This document shows positions 9,254 through 17,781 of a DNA stretch of 35,796 bases, piece by piece. The notes under the pieces were generated by a model that ran no database searches, was not told the DNA's origin, and was given only the letters and a program-made list of their open reading frames with translations. Within the stretch, counting starts at the first letter, position 1, and every line of letters starts with the position of its first letter. The DNA comes from Dehalococcoidales bacterium (GTDB taxonomy: Bacteria; Chloroflexota; Dehalococcoidia; Dehalococcoidales; Fen-1064): positions 1-35,796 of the forward strand of contig JBKQML010000050.1 in NCBI GenBank assembly GCA_052326545.1, read 5' to 3'. Both the position numbers and the translations under genes were made by a program.

Positions 9254-11095
9254 ATGAACGTAGATGAGTTCAGGAAAATCGCGGGCGATATTAAAATCAT
9301 CGATAAGGTAGCCGAAAGAGAGCAATACAGTCATGACATCGGTGACCTGCCGGCAATCATGACTAAAACGCTTTTTACGACCATGCCGGATTTCGTCGTC
9401 CAGCCTAAAAATGTAGATGAGATACAAAAGGTCCTGGCTTTTGCTAACGACCATAAAATACCGGTGGTGCCACGGGGCGCCGCCTCATGGGGTTTCGGCG
9501 GCGTGATCCCGACCAGAGGTGGAATCGTCATCGATTTGTCGCCTTTCCGCAGCATCCTGGAGATTGACACTGTAAAAAAGACGGTGACCGTGCAAGCGGG
9601 CGCGCGCTGGAGCGATATCGACATTCTGGCGAAGAAAAAGGGCTTATGCCTGATGACCTATCCCTCCAGTAAATTTTCTACGGTAGGCGGATGGATTTCG
9701 ACCGGCGGCATCGGCATCAACAGCTTCCGGTACGGCCATCTATCGAAAATGATTGTTTCCCTGACGGTGATTACCGGCAACGGCGAGGTTAAAAAGTTAG
9801 CGCCCACGGACCCGGATTTAAAATATTTTATCTCTACGGAAGGAGAATTCGGGATTGTAGTGGAAGCTACGCTCAAACTGCGTGATATCCCGCAGGGGGC
9901 ATATCCCCACCTGTTGTATTTTCCGGGTGATAAAGCAGCATTTGAATTCCTTGACTCATTTGTCCAGGAAACCGGTGAGAACAAAATCAATCCCGATACC
10001 ATCAGGTTTTTGGATGAAAACTCGATGGCGGATATCAACCGGATAATGCGTTCCGGTGTATTTAAAAAGAGCGCCGCCGTCCACATCGAGTTCAGCAGTT
10101 CCGCGAACGAAGCTCTTTTCTTGAAATTCATGAGCGGCCACAACAAAATCGAAGAAGCGCCCGCTTACGTCGCCAGTTATCTCTGGAACGAGCGCCTGTT
10201 CGGCATGAAAACCAAGCGGCTGGGGCCGTCCATCCTGGCGAGTGAACTGATCATTCCCATCAAATCGGCGGCAACCTTTATTGCCAGAGCCAAGAAAATC
10301 GGCGCCGATTTCGGGGTGGAAATCACCATCGACAGCTATATCATGGATTCTGACAAAACCCTGATTATGGCTAACTTCCTGACGGATGCCAGGAGAAAGA
10401 AATATTTTATCAATATTCCGCTGGTGGCGATTATCACCAAAGCTGCGGTCAACCTGGGGGCGGAACCTTACGGTCTCGGCCTGTGGAATGCTGCCTTTGT
10501 CCATAACCTGTTCAATAAGGCAAAATATCAGGAATTGCGGGCTTACAAGGCGAAAACGGACCCCAATAACATCCTGAATCCGGGTAAATTCTTCGGCACC
10601 GGCGCAAAAGGTGTCACATCCCTCGTATTCAAACCCGGCTTTTTTGGTCCTGCAATGCGGGTAATGGGCGCATGGAGCCCCGTGGTGGGGCGAACCGCTA
10701 CCGCTGTCTTAGGGAAAGATAAAAAAATTGACAGCTTGACTTATGAGCTTAATCTGCACGCCTGCGCCAAATGCGGAAACTGTATGGCGGAATGTCCGGC
10801 TTACCTGGTCACCGGGAATGAAGCCGTGACCGCCAAAGGAAAAATTGCCCTGGCTAAAAAACTCCTCTACGGGCAGAAAGTGACTCAGGAAGAGGCCGCG
10901 ACCGCGTTTATGTGCATGCACTGCAAGGGCTGCGAGGAAATTTGTCAGACCAACCTCGAATTGATGAACCTCTGGGATGCTCTGGAAAAAAGCCTTAAAG
11001 AAAAATTCGAGTGGCCGCAACCTCAGATTGAAGAATTTCTAAAAAAGGTCGATGCCACTAAAGAATACTGGGATATGGTAGAGCGGAACAATTAA
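9254..11095 (+). CDS. FAD-binding (PCMH/GlcD-type) oxidoreductase fused to a C-terminal 2x[4Fe-4S] domain
   Basis: 613 aa. The N-terminal FAD_binding_4-like region includes PVVPRGAASWGFGG and TVGGWISTGGIG. The C-terminus carries CAKCGNCMAECP and CMHCKGCEEIC (CxxCxxCxxxC twice). No CCG domain follows. Confidence 0.8.
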   Translation: MNVDEFRKIAGDIKIIDKVAEREQYSHDIGDLPAIMTKTLFTTMPDFVVQPKNVDEIQKVLAFANDHKIPVVPRGAASWGFGGVIPTRGGIVIDLSPFRSILEIDTVKKTVTVQAGARWSDIDILAKKKGLCLMTYPSSKFSTVGGWISTGGIGINSFRYGHLSKMIVSLTVITGNGEVKKLAPTDPDLKYFISTEGEFGIVVEATLKLRDIPQGAYPHLLYFPGDKAAFEFLDSFVQETGENKINPDTIRFLDENSMADINRIMRSGVFKKSAAVHIEFSSSANEALFLKFMSGHNKIEEAPAYVASYLWNERLFGMKTKRLGPSILASELIIPIKSAATFIARAKKIGADFGVEITIDSYIMDSDKTLIMANFLTDARRKKYFINIPLVAIITKAAVNLGAEPYGLGLWNAAFVHNLFNKAKYQELRAYKAKTDPNNILNPGKFFGTGAKGVTSLVFKPGFFGPAMRVMGAWSPVVGRTATAVLGKDKKIDSLTYELNLHACAKCGNCMAECPAYLVTGNEAVTAKGKIALAKKLLYGQKVTQEEAATAFMCMHCKGCEEICQTNLELMNLWDALEKSLKEKFEWPQPQIEEFLKKVDATKEYWDMVERNN

Positions 11096-11136
11096 ACCGC
11101 CGCAGAAAATAAAATCTAAAAAGACGGATAAAGATT

Positions 11137-12528
11137 ATGCCCAAGAAATATCATATTCACCCCAAGGCTACGCCCCTCGAACTGGACTATATTTATAAAT
11201 TCAAGATCGTGCGTGGCGAAAACTGTATCAATTGCGGCAAGTGTACCAAGGTATGCATTTACCAGGCGCACAAACGGAGCGAGACTGACCCGCGTAAGAT
11301 GGCCGACCCGAATACCGTAGTTTGCCGAAACTGTTTCCGGTGCATCCAGGAATGCCCGCGGGGAGCGCTCGAAAAATCCCTGGAGAAAGTTTTTATCAAT
11401 ACCGGCGGTGCTTACTGGAAACCGGACATGCTGCTTACGCTCTTTAAACAGGCTGAAGACGGTGCTGTCCCCGTTTCCGGCGCAGGTTACCGCGGCCCGT
11501 TTACCGGCCCCGGTTTTGACGGTATGTGGACCGATATGTCGGAAATCGTGCGTCCGACCCGGGACGGGATTCATGGGCGGGAATATATCAATACCTCCAT
11601 CGACCTGGGCCGCAAGCTTAACCATCTGGTCTTCAGTCCGGATGGGCAGTTATTGTCAAAAGTGCCGGATACGGTTGAGGTGTCTCTCCCCATTCTCTTC
11701 GATACTCCCGCGGAGAAGCTAAGTCCGCATATCAAGCTCGCGATGGTAAAATCAGCCGCCGAGCTCAATACCTTCATCATCATGCCGGTGAATGATATCA
11801 CCGGTGATTTCGAGAAATATAGCGACAATATTATCCCCCGCCTGACGTCCGCGGAAATTGACGGACATCAGGAAATCATTAAAAAAGCCCGCATTGTTAC
11901 AATTGAGTGTGATAATACCGTATTAAGCGGATTGGGCGAGCTGAGAGAAAAAATTAAAAAAATCAGTAATGCGCTCTGTATTATTCGCGTTCCGGCGGTG
12001 AAGGAAGTGGAATATACTGCTGCCAAACTGGCGCATGACGGCGCGGAAATTATCCATATTGTTGCCGATTACCGCGGACAAGAGCTCAATAGTCCGGCAG
12101 GGTCAGGCAGCCGTCACCTCAAGGACATTATCCGCTCCGTACATCAGCGGCTGGTAGAAGACAAGCTGCGCGATGAGGTCATTATCGTGGCCTCCGGCGG
12201 CATTGCCCTGGCGGAACATGTGACTAAAGCAATGCTTTGCGGCGCCGACCTTACTGCGATAGACCTGCCCCTGATGGTTGGGTTAGGCGGCCGAATTTAT
12301 GAAGAGCAACAACAAATTTTAGTTCTTCCGGAAGAACTCTCTAAGCTTCCTACCGCCGTTATTACGCAGCGCATGATAAACCTGATAGGGGCCTGGCATT
12401 CGCAGATACTGGAAATGATGGGCGCCATGGGCATCCGTGAAGCACGCCGCTTGCGGGGAGAATCCGGCCGGGCGATATTCTTTGAAGAAATTGATAGAGA
12501 CACTTTCGGTAAATTATTTTCAAAATAA
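11137..12528 (+). CDS. Glutamate-synthase-FMN-domain paralog, catalytically degenerate, with N-terminal 2x[4Fe-4S] ferredoxin domain
   Basis: 463 aa. Fe-S motifs CINCGKCTKVC and CRNCFRCIQECP. The C-terminal part aligns by eye with the next gene (VIIVASGGIALAEHVTKAMLCGADL vs ITLIASGGIRTAHDLAKAICLGADG; QRMINLIGAWHSQILEMMGAMGIREARRL vs QRLTNMYNAWNIQLVDILQKFGMHSVREL). It lacks the GGMSFG, QGAKPG and GGTGAAP blocks. Confidence 0.7.
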   Translation: MPKKYHIHPKATPLELDYIYKFKIVRGENCINCGKCTKVCIYQAHKRSETDPRKMADPNTVVCRNCFRCIQECPRGALEKSLEKVFINTGGAYWKPDMLLTLFKQAEDGAVPVSGAGYRGPFTGPGFDGMWTDMSEIVRPTRDGIHGREYINTSIDLGRKLNHLVFSPDGQLLSKVPDTVEVSLPILFDTPAEKLSPHIKLAMVKSAAELNTFIIMPVNDITGDFEKYSDNIIPRLTSAEIDGHQEIIKKARIVTIECDNTVLSGLGELREKIKKISNALCIIRVPAVKEVEYTAAKLAHDGAEIIHIVADYRGQELNSPAGSGSRHLKDIIRSVHQRLVEDKLRDEVIIVASGGIALAEHVTKAMLCGADLTAIDLPLMVGLGGRIYEEQQQILVLPEELSKLPTAVITQRMINLIGAWHSQILEMMGAMGIREARRLRGESGRAIFFEEIDRDTFGKLFSK

Positions 12529-12545
12529 AATAAAGCTGTGAGCAT

Positions 12546-14051
12546 ATGAAACCATCAACCGTAAACATTAGACTAGCACCCTCCCGGTTCAAGCACCAGG
12601 TACCGAAATACAAGATTACCCGGTCTGATGCCTGTATCAACTGCGGAACATGTGCTAAAACATGCCCTTACGGCGTACATGAAAGGGTCGAGGGGCACAA
12701 CAAGGTAAAACCGCCCATTAACTATAAATGCATCGGCTTCGAGTGCCAGAATAAGGATTTCTACTGTGTCGCGAAATGTCCGCAAAAAGCCTTGAGCCTG
12801 TCGTTGAACCCGATGTATGCGACTCTTGGCGACTTTCGCTGGACCGCAGATATGATCACCGGGACATGGATAATGGCTGAAACAGGCGCCCCGCCGGAGC
12901 GCAAGGACATTGAATACAATATCGGCGATTCCGGCGGCGGTTTTGATAAATTGCGGTTTAAATTCCCGGCGCACCCCAAAAAGGTGAATAAATCCGAAAT
13001 ATCCACGGAAATCCCGCTCAACCGCAGAAATGACGGGCGGCCAAATGTTGTTATTTCAACTCCGGTTTACGGGGGCGGGATGTCATTCGGTTCGGTCAGC
13101 CTTCCCACGATGGTGGGTAAGGCACATAATGCGACCAATTGGAATACTTTTACGTGCACCGGTGAGGGCGGTTTCCCGGACAACCTCATACCGTACAGCG
13201 ACCATGTTATTACCCAGGTCGCTACCGGTCTGTTCGGGGTCCGCGAAGAGACTATCCAGCGTGTGAAGATCGTCGAATTTAAATATGCCCAGGGCGCTAA
13301 ACCGGGTCTCGGCGGGCACCTGCTCGGTGAGAAAAATACGGAGAGCGTCGCCAAAATGCGCGAAGCCGTGAAAGGCACATCGCTGTTTTCCCCGTTTCCT
13401 TTCCATTCGGTGTATTCTATCGAAGACCATAAAAAGCACATCGATTGGATAAAGGAGATAAATCCTCATGCCCTGGTTTCCGTCAAAGTTTCCACCCCTA
13501 ACGATGTGGACATGGTGGCGGTGGGCTCGTACTATGCCGGCGCACATATCATCCACATTGATGGCGGCTACGGCGGCACCGGGGCAGCGCCGGATATCGC
13601 CAAGAAGAATATTGCCATGCCGATTGAGTATGCCATCACGAAGGTTCATAATTTTCTGAAAGACGAAGGAGTACGCGACGGCATCACGCTCATTGCTTCC
13701 GGCGGTATCCGTACGGCTCATGACCTGGCCAAAGCTATTTGTCTGGGTGCCGATGGTGCAGTTATCGGTACTGCGGAGTTGGTCTCACTGGAGTGCGTTC
13801 GCTGCGGCAACTGCGAATCGGGACGCGGCTGCGCCAGAGGTATCGCTTCCACCGACTCCGAACTGTCGGACCTGTTTAACGAAGCGTGGGCAGCACAACG
13901 TCTGACCAACATGTATAATGCCTGGAATATCCAGTTAGTCGATATCCTCCAGAAATTTGGCATGCATAGCGTCCGGGAACTGGTCGGAAGGACGGACTTG
14001 CTGAAACACATCGATTACAGTCGTGAAACGGAGTTAGACCAAAATGGATAA
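12546..14051 (+). CDS. gltB: Glutamate synthase large-subunit domain 2 (FMN/2-oxoglutarate domain), archaeal split type, with N-terminal ferredoxin domain
   Basis: 501 aa. CINCGTCAKTCP plus a second, atypically spaced Cys motif. Also GGGMSFGSVS, KYAQGAKPGLGGHL, HIDGGYGGTGAAP, ASGGIRTAHDLAKAICLGADG and an extra CVRCGNCESGRGC motif. Confidence 0.85.
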   Translation: MKPSTVNIRLAPSRFKHQVPKYKITRSDACINCGTCAKTCPYGVHERVEGHNKVKPPINYKCIGFECQNKDFYCVAKCPQKALSLSLNPMYATLGDFRWTADMITGTWIMAETGAPPERKDIEYNIGDSGGGFDKLRFKFPAHPKKVNKSEISTEIPLNRRNDGRPNVVISTPVYGGGMSFGSVSLPTMVGKAHNATNWNTFTCTGEGGFPDNLIPYSDHVITQVATGLFGVREETIQRVKIVEFKYAQGAKPGLGGHLLGEKNTESVAKMREAVKGTSLFSPFPFHSVYSIEDHKKHIDWIKEINPHALVSVKVSTPNDVDMVAVGSYYAGAHIIHIDGGYGGTGAAPDIAKKNIAMPIEYAITKVHNFLKDEGVRDGITLIASGGIRTAHDLAKAICLGADGAVIGTAELVSLECVRCGNCESGRGCARGIASTDSELSDLFNEAWAAQRLTNMYNAWNIQLVDILQKFGMHSVRELVGRTDLLKHIDYSRETELDQNG

Positions 14052-16689
14052 TGCCGAAAAAATATTGTCTTCGCGCTCTGAATTATGCCGCCGGATGCCG
14101 GAGCTCGAAGCTAACACTGAAGAGGAAGGCGGCTGCGGCGTCACCGGATTTGTCTGTTCCATTCCTGTGACCGGGAAAAATATCTTCGAGCCTTCGGTCC
14201 AGATGCACAACCGGGGCAATGGAAAAGGCGGCGGCATCGGCGCCGTCGGATTCGTTCCGGAAGAATTGGGCGTTTCCCGGAAAGTCCTGGATGAAGACTA
14301 CATGCTCCACATCGCGCTGCTGGATACCAGCGTGGCGCATGAAATTGAAAACACCTGTATCAAGCCGTATTTTAAAATTGATAAATTTGAGAAGCTCGAT
14401 ACGCTCGAGGACTATCGCAGCATCGGTCTGGAAGTCAAACCCCCGGATATTATGCGTTATTTCGTCCGGGTCAAGAACGATGTCCTGGATAAATTTATTG
14501 CCGATGAGAATTTCAAATCCTTAGACCGCCGTGACGCCGAAGATGAGTTTGTCTATCAGAACAGCTTTAAAATTAACAAACAATATTATGCTTCGCTGGG
14601 GGAAAAGAAGGCTTTCGTGATGTCCCACGGCCGGAATATGATGATTTTGAAAATCGTCGGGTACGCCGAGAATGTCGTCCGTTTCTATAAACTGGATGAT
14701 TTTAAGGCTCATGTCTGGCTGGCCCATCAGCGCTATCCCACCCGCGGACGGGTCTGGCATCCGGGCGGCTGCCATCCATTCAGCGCGCTCAATGAGGCTC
14801 TGGTACACAACGGCGATTTTGCCAATTACCAGTCCGTTCTGGAATACCTGAAACAGCGTAACTACTATCCCCTGTTTTTGACTGATACGGAAGAAGCCGC
14901 GCTGCTGATTGACCTGTGGAGCAGGGTGTACAAATATCCACTGGAATACCTGATTGAGGCGATGGCGCCGACTTCTGAGATGGACTTCGATATGCTCCCT
15001 GCACAAAAACAGGCGTTGTATAAAGCCATTCAGACGCATCATGTCTTTTCATCACCGGACGGCCCGTGGTTCTTTATTATCGCCCGCAATGACGTACAAA
15101 ACGATCAGTTCCAGTTGATCGGTATCACGGATACCGCCATGCTCCGGCCGCAGGTATTCGCCTTGCAGGAAGGTGAGGTGCAGGTCGGTCTGATCTGTTC
15201 GGAAAAACAGGCCATCGATGCGACGCTGGTATCCCTCCAACGCGAAGATGCCCGCTTCAGGCCGATAGCCGATAAATACTGGAACGCCCGCGGCGGCAGT
15301 TATGCCGATGGTGGAGCTTTCATCTTCAGCCTGAAAAATACCCAGGACGGCTCAGGCAAAAAACAGCTCATCTGCGCCGATAAATTCGGCAAGGTAATTG
15401 AAACGACCAAAGACAAGGTTGTGGTTGATGTCTCGAAGAAGGTCAAAGTAAAAGCCGCTGAAAGCAAGGCGATAGAAGAAAAGCTTGGTGGCTTGTTTGC
15501 TGAGACAAACGGTCCCGCGGCAAATAAAATTTTCACTTATATCCGGGATGCGATGATTGGATTCCAAACAGATACCGAAGATTTCCGGTTCGCAATTGAA
15601 TCCATCAAATCACACGGTCTGAAAAATGATGCTTTCAAACAAACGGCAATTACCGCCCTGACCCTGTTGAACGACCTGCGCTACAACACCGGAAAAATTA
15701 AACGCAGTTCCGTGCAGCATGTCCTGAAAATTAATCTGGATGAGCTTTTAGCCGCCACCCCGATGATTACCGAAAAATCAACCTCCCGGTTCGCACAAAT
15801 TGATTTTGCCAACCGCGGTTCATTGCGGAAACCGCACCAGACAGAACAAACCCTGGTTATCGATGCGGGACAATTCGAGCCGGAAGGCGAAAACTGCGAT
15901 GCGGTACTGATGGCCAAAGCTTTCAAACTCGGCTGGCGGAATTTCATGGTCTACAAATACCGCGGCCAGCGCTTCACGGGTTGCGGGTTTGGTCCGGCAA
16001 CCAAAGGTGTGAGGATTGACGTCTACGGTTCATCCGGCGACTATCTGGCATCAGGCATCGATGGAATGGAGATATACGTCCACGGCAACGCCCAGGACCA
16101 GCTCTGCCAGATTATGAAAGACGGTAAGCTGGTAGTCTACGGCGACGTGGGACAGACCTTCATGTACGGCGCCAAAGGCGGCGAAGCCTTTATCATGGGT
16201 AATGCTGCAGGACGTCCCCTGATCAATGCCGTCGGCAAGCCAAGGGTGGTCATTAACGGCACGGCGCTGGACTACCTGGCCGAATCATTTATGGCCGGCG
16301 AAGCACTGAACGGCGGCGGGTTTGTCATTCTGAACGGCATTGGCTTTAATGACCATGACGGAGCGATCTGTGAGTTGGAATCGCCTTATCCCGGGTCTAA
16401 TATCTTTTCCCTGGCCTCCGGCGGTGCGATTTATGTGCGTGACCCGCATCGGAAACTGGTGGAAGAGCAACTCAACGGCGGTCAGTTCGCCAAAATGATA
16501 GAGGCCGATTGGAAATTGATTGAACCGTATCTTCTGGAGAATGAAAAACTGTTCGGCATCACGATTGATCGGCTGCTGACGGTTGATGGGGAGAAGAAAG
16601 CCCCGAAAGACGTTTACCGGAAGATCCGCCCGAAGAAAGCAGGTTCGCCCAATAACGAGGACGACGGCTTAGCCGAAACAACCGATTGA
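14044..16689 (+). CDS. Fusion of class-II (Ntn) glutamine amidotransferase domain, an uncharacterised middle region, and a GXGXG (GltB domain 3) domain
   Basis: 881 aa. GGCGVTGFV has its Cys at residue 31, so a propeptide is implied. HQRYPTRG...HPF and LVHNGDFANY are GATase_2-like. The C-terminus has GXGXG repeats (VYGSSGDYLASGIDG, VHGNAQD, VYGDVGQTFMYGAKGGEAFIMGNAAG). 8-nt overlap with the upstream gene. Confidence 0.8.
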   Translation: MDNAEKILSSRSELCRRMPELEANTEEEGGCGVTGFVCSIPVTGKNIFEPSVQMHNRGNGKGGGIGAVGFVPEELGVSRKVLDEDYMLHIALLDTSVAHEIENTCIKPYFKIDKFEKLDTLEDYRSIGLEVKPPDIMRYFVRVKNDVLDKFIADENFKSLDRRDAEDEFVYQNSFKINKQYYASLGEKKAFVMSHGRNMMILKIVGYAENVVRFYKLDDFKAHVWLAHQRYPTRGRVWHPGGCHPFSALNEALVHNGDFANYQSVLEYLKQRNYYPLFLTDTEEAALLIDLWSRVYKYPLEYLIEAMAPTSEMDFDMLPAQKQALYKAIQTHHVFSSPDGPWFFIIARNDVQNDQFQLIGITDTAMLRPQVFALQEGEVQVGLICSEKQAIDATLVSLQREDARFRPIADKYWNARGGSYADGGAFIFSLKNTQDGSGKKQLICADKFGKVIETTKDKVVVDVSKKVKVKAAESKAIEEKLGGLFAETNGPAANKIFTYIRDAMIGFQTDTEDFRFAIESIKSHGLKNDAFKQTAITALTLLNDLRYNTGKIKRSSVQHVLKINLDELLAATPMITEKSTSRFAQIDFANRGSLRKPHQTEQTLVIDAGQFEPEGENCDAVLMAKAFKLGWRNFMVYKYRGQRFTGCGFGPATKGVRIDVYGSSGDYLASGIDGMEIYVHGNAQDQLCQIMKDGKLVVYGDVGQTFMYGAKGGEAFIMGNAAGRPLINAVGKPRVVINGTALDYLAESFMAGEALNGGGFVILNGIGFNDHDGAICELESPYPGSNIFSLASGGAIYVRDPHRKLVEEQLNGGQFAKMIEADWKLIEPYLLENEKLFGITIDRLLTVDGEKKAPKDVYRKIRPKKAGSPNNEDDGLAETTD

Positions 16690-16741
16690 CCGCGGCGGTT
16701 CAGACAAATAACACTTTTAATTGAATACCTGAAATTTTAAT

Positions 16742-16775
16742 AAGGTGGGCAAGATCAAGCCCGCCTTATTCTTTT
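16742..16775 (+). terminator. Rho-independent terminator of the GOGAT-like operon
   Basis: AAGGTGGGC (16742-16750) / GCCCGCCTT (16759-16767), with one G-U pair and an 8-nt loop, followed by ATTCTTTT. Confidence 0.75.
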
Positions 16776-16830
16776 AGCATACTTGTCAGTGTCCATTAAT
16801 CCTGCTACGATTACCTTCGGGAGAAATAAT

Positions 16831-17310
16831 ATGGCAAAACAATTGAGTCACGTTAATGCCCGCGGCGAAGCAATGATGGTGGACATCAGCCTGAAAGGCG
16901 TGACCGTCCGTGAAGCCGTTGCCAAAGGCTCCGTCATGATGCAACCCTCCACGTTGGAACAGGTGAAAAATGCCAGCATGAAAAAAGGCGATGTGCTGGC
17001 GGTTGCGCGTGTGGCCGGTATTATGGCCGCCAAAAAAGTCCCCGACTTTATCCCGCTCTGTCACATGATTCCCATCGACAGCATTACAATCGATTTCGAC
17101 CTTACTGCCACTAATTGCATCGGCATTAGCAGCACGGTGAAGAGCACAGCTAAGACCGGTGTAGAGATGGAGGCTTTGACCGCGGTTACTGTCGCAGCCC
17201 TGACGATTTATGATATGTGCAAAGCAGTTGAAAAAGGCATGACAATCACGAATATCTACCTGGAGAGTAAAACCGGTGGCAAAAGCGGCACATACCATCG
17301 GAAGGTTTAG
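16831..17310 (+). CDS. moaC: Cyclic pyranopterin monophosphate synthase accessory protein MoaC
   Basis: LSHVNARGEAMMVDIS, KGDVLAVARVAGIMAAKK, IPLCH and GVEMEALTAV are canonical MoaC blocks. The ATG at 16831 has a gggaga SD. The TTG at 16783 from the ORF track adds an unconserved extension. Confidence 0.9.
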   Translation: MAKQLSHVNARGEAMMVDISLKGVTVREAVAKGSVMMQPSTLEQVKNASMKKGDVLAVARVAGIMAAKKVPDFIPLCHMIPIDSITIDFDLTATNCIGISSTVKSTAKTGVEMEALTAVTVAALTIYDMCKAVEKGMTITNIYLESKTGGKSGTYHRKV

Positions 17311-17781
17311 ATGATTGAGATTATTCAAGCAAAAGAAAACCATATTGAGGATATAGGAAAATTGTTCTGGGAATTTATCATATTCCCCAAGAATATTGAT
17401 CCAATCTGGACACCCAATGATAATGCCATCTCATGTTTTATAGAAGATCACCTGAATAATTTCATGAAATCTGAAAATTGCCTCGTTCTGGTTGCATTGG
17501 ATGATTCCAAAACTGTTGGTTATTCCTTATCTGAAATAAAAATAATTCCGCCTGGGCCAAAACGTGATGATTATGGATACATTGATCAAATGGCAATCAT
17601 CGCCAGCTACCGGCATAAAGGCATCGGTGAAAAAATGTATGCTGAGATTTTGAATTGGTTCCGGTCGAAAGGAATCAAACGTATTGAGGTTGGTACCACA
17701 GCACGGAATAATGTGGCCAATTCTTTCTGGCAAAAACAGGGCTTTACGATTTTTATGTACACCCTTTATAAAGAAATCTAA
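17311..17781 (+). CDS. GNAT-family N-acetyltransferase
   Basis: 156 aa. Acetyl-CoA-binding block IASYRHKGIGEKMYAEI and C-terminal ARNNVANSFWQKQGF. The ATG abuts the moaC stop (TAGATG). Visibly more A+T-rich than its neighbours. Confidence 0.7.
   Translation: MIEIIQAKENHIEDIGKLFWEFIIFPKNIDPIWTPNDNAISCFIEDHLNNFMKSENCLVLVALDDSKTVGYSLSEIKIIPPGPKRDDYGYIDQMAIIASYRHKGIGEKMYAEILNWFRSKGIKRIEVGTTARNNVANSFWQKQGFTIFMYTLYKEI

Noticed and set aside
13083-13721. 212-aa minus-strand ORF
   Set aside because: Antisense shadow of the GltB FMN-domain gene. No RBS and no family motif. The sense gene is strongly supported.
9254-16689. Interpreting the split GOGAT-like genes as an N-methylglutamate synthase (mgsABC) of a methylamine pathway
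   Set aside because: No gamma-glutamylmethylamide synthetase or N-methylglutamate dehydrogenase genes are present. The ferredoxin-domain architecture matches archaeal-type glutamate synthases better. It cannot be excluded without phylogeny, so it is mentioned as an alternative in the finding.
16786-17343. 185-aa minus-strand ORF
   Set aside because: Antisense to moaC. No support beyond length.
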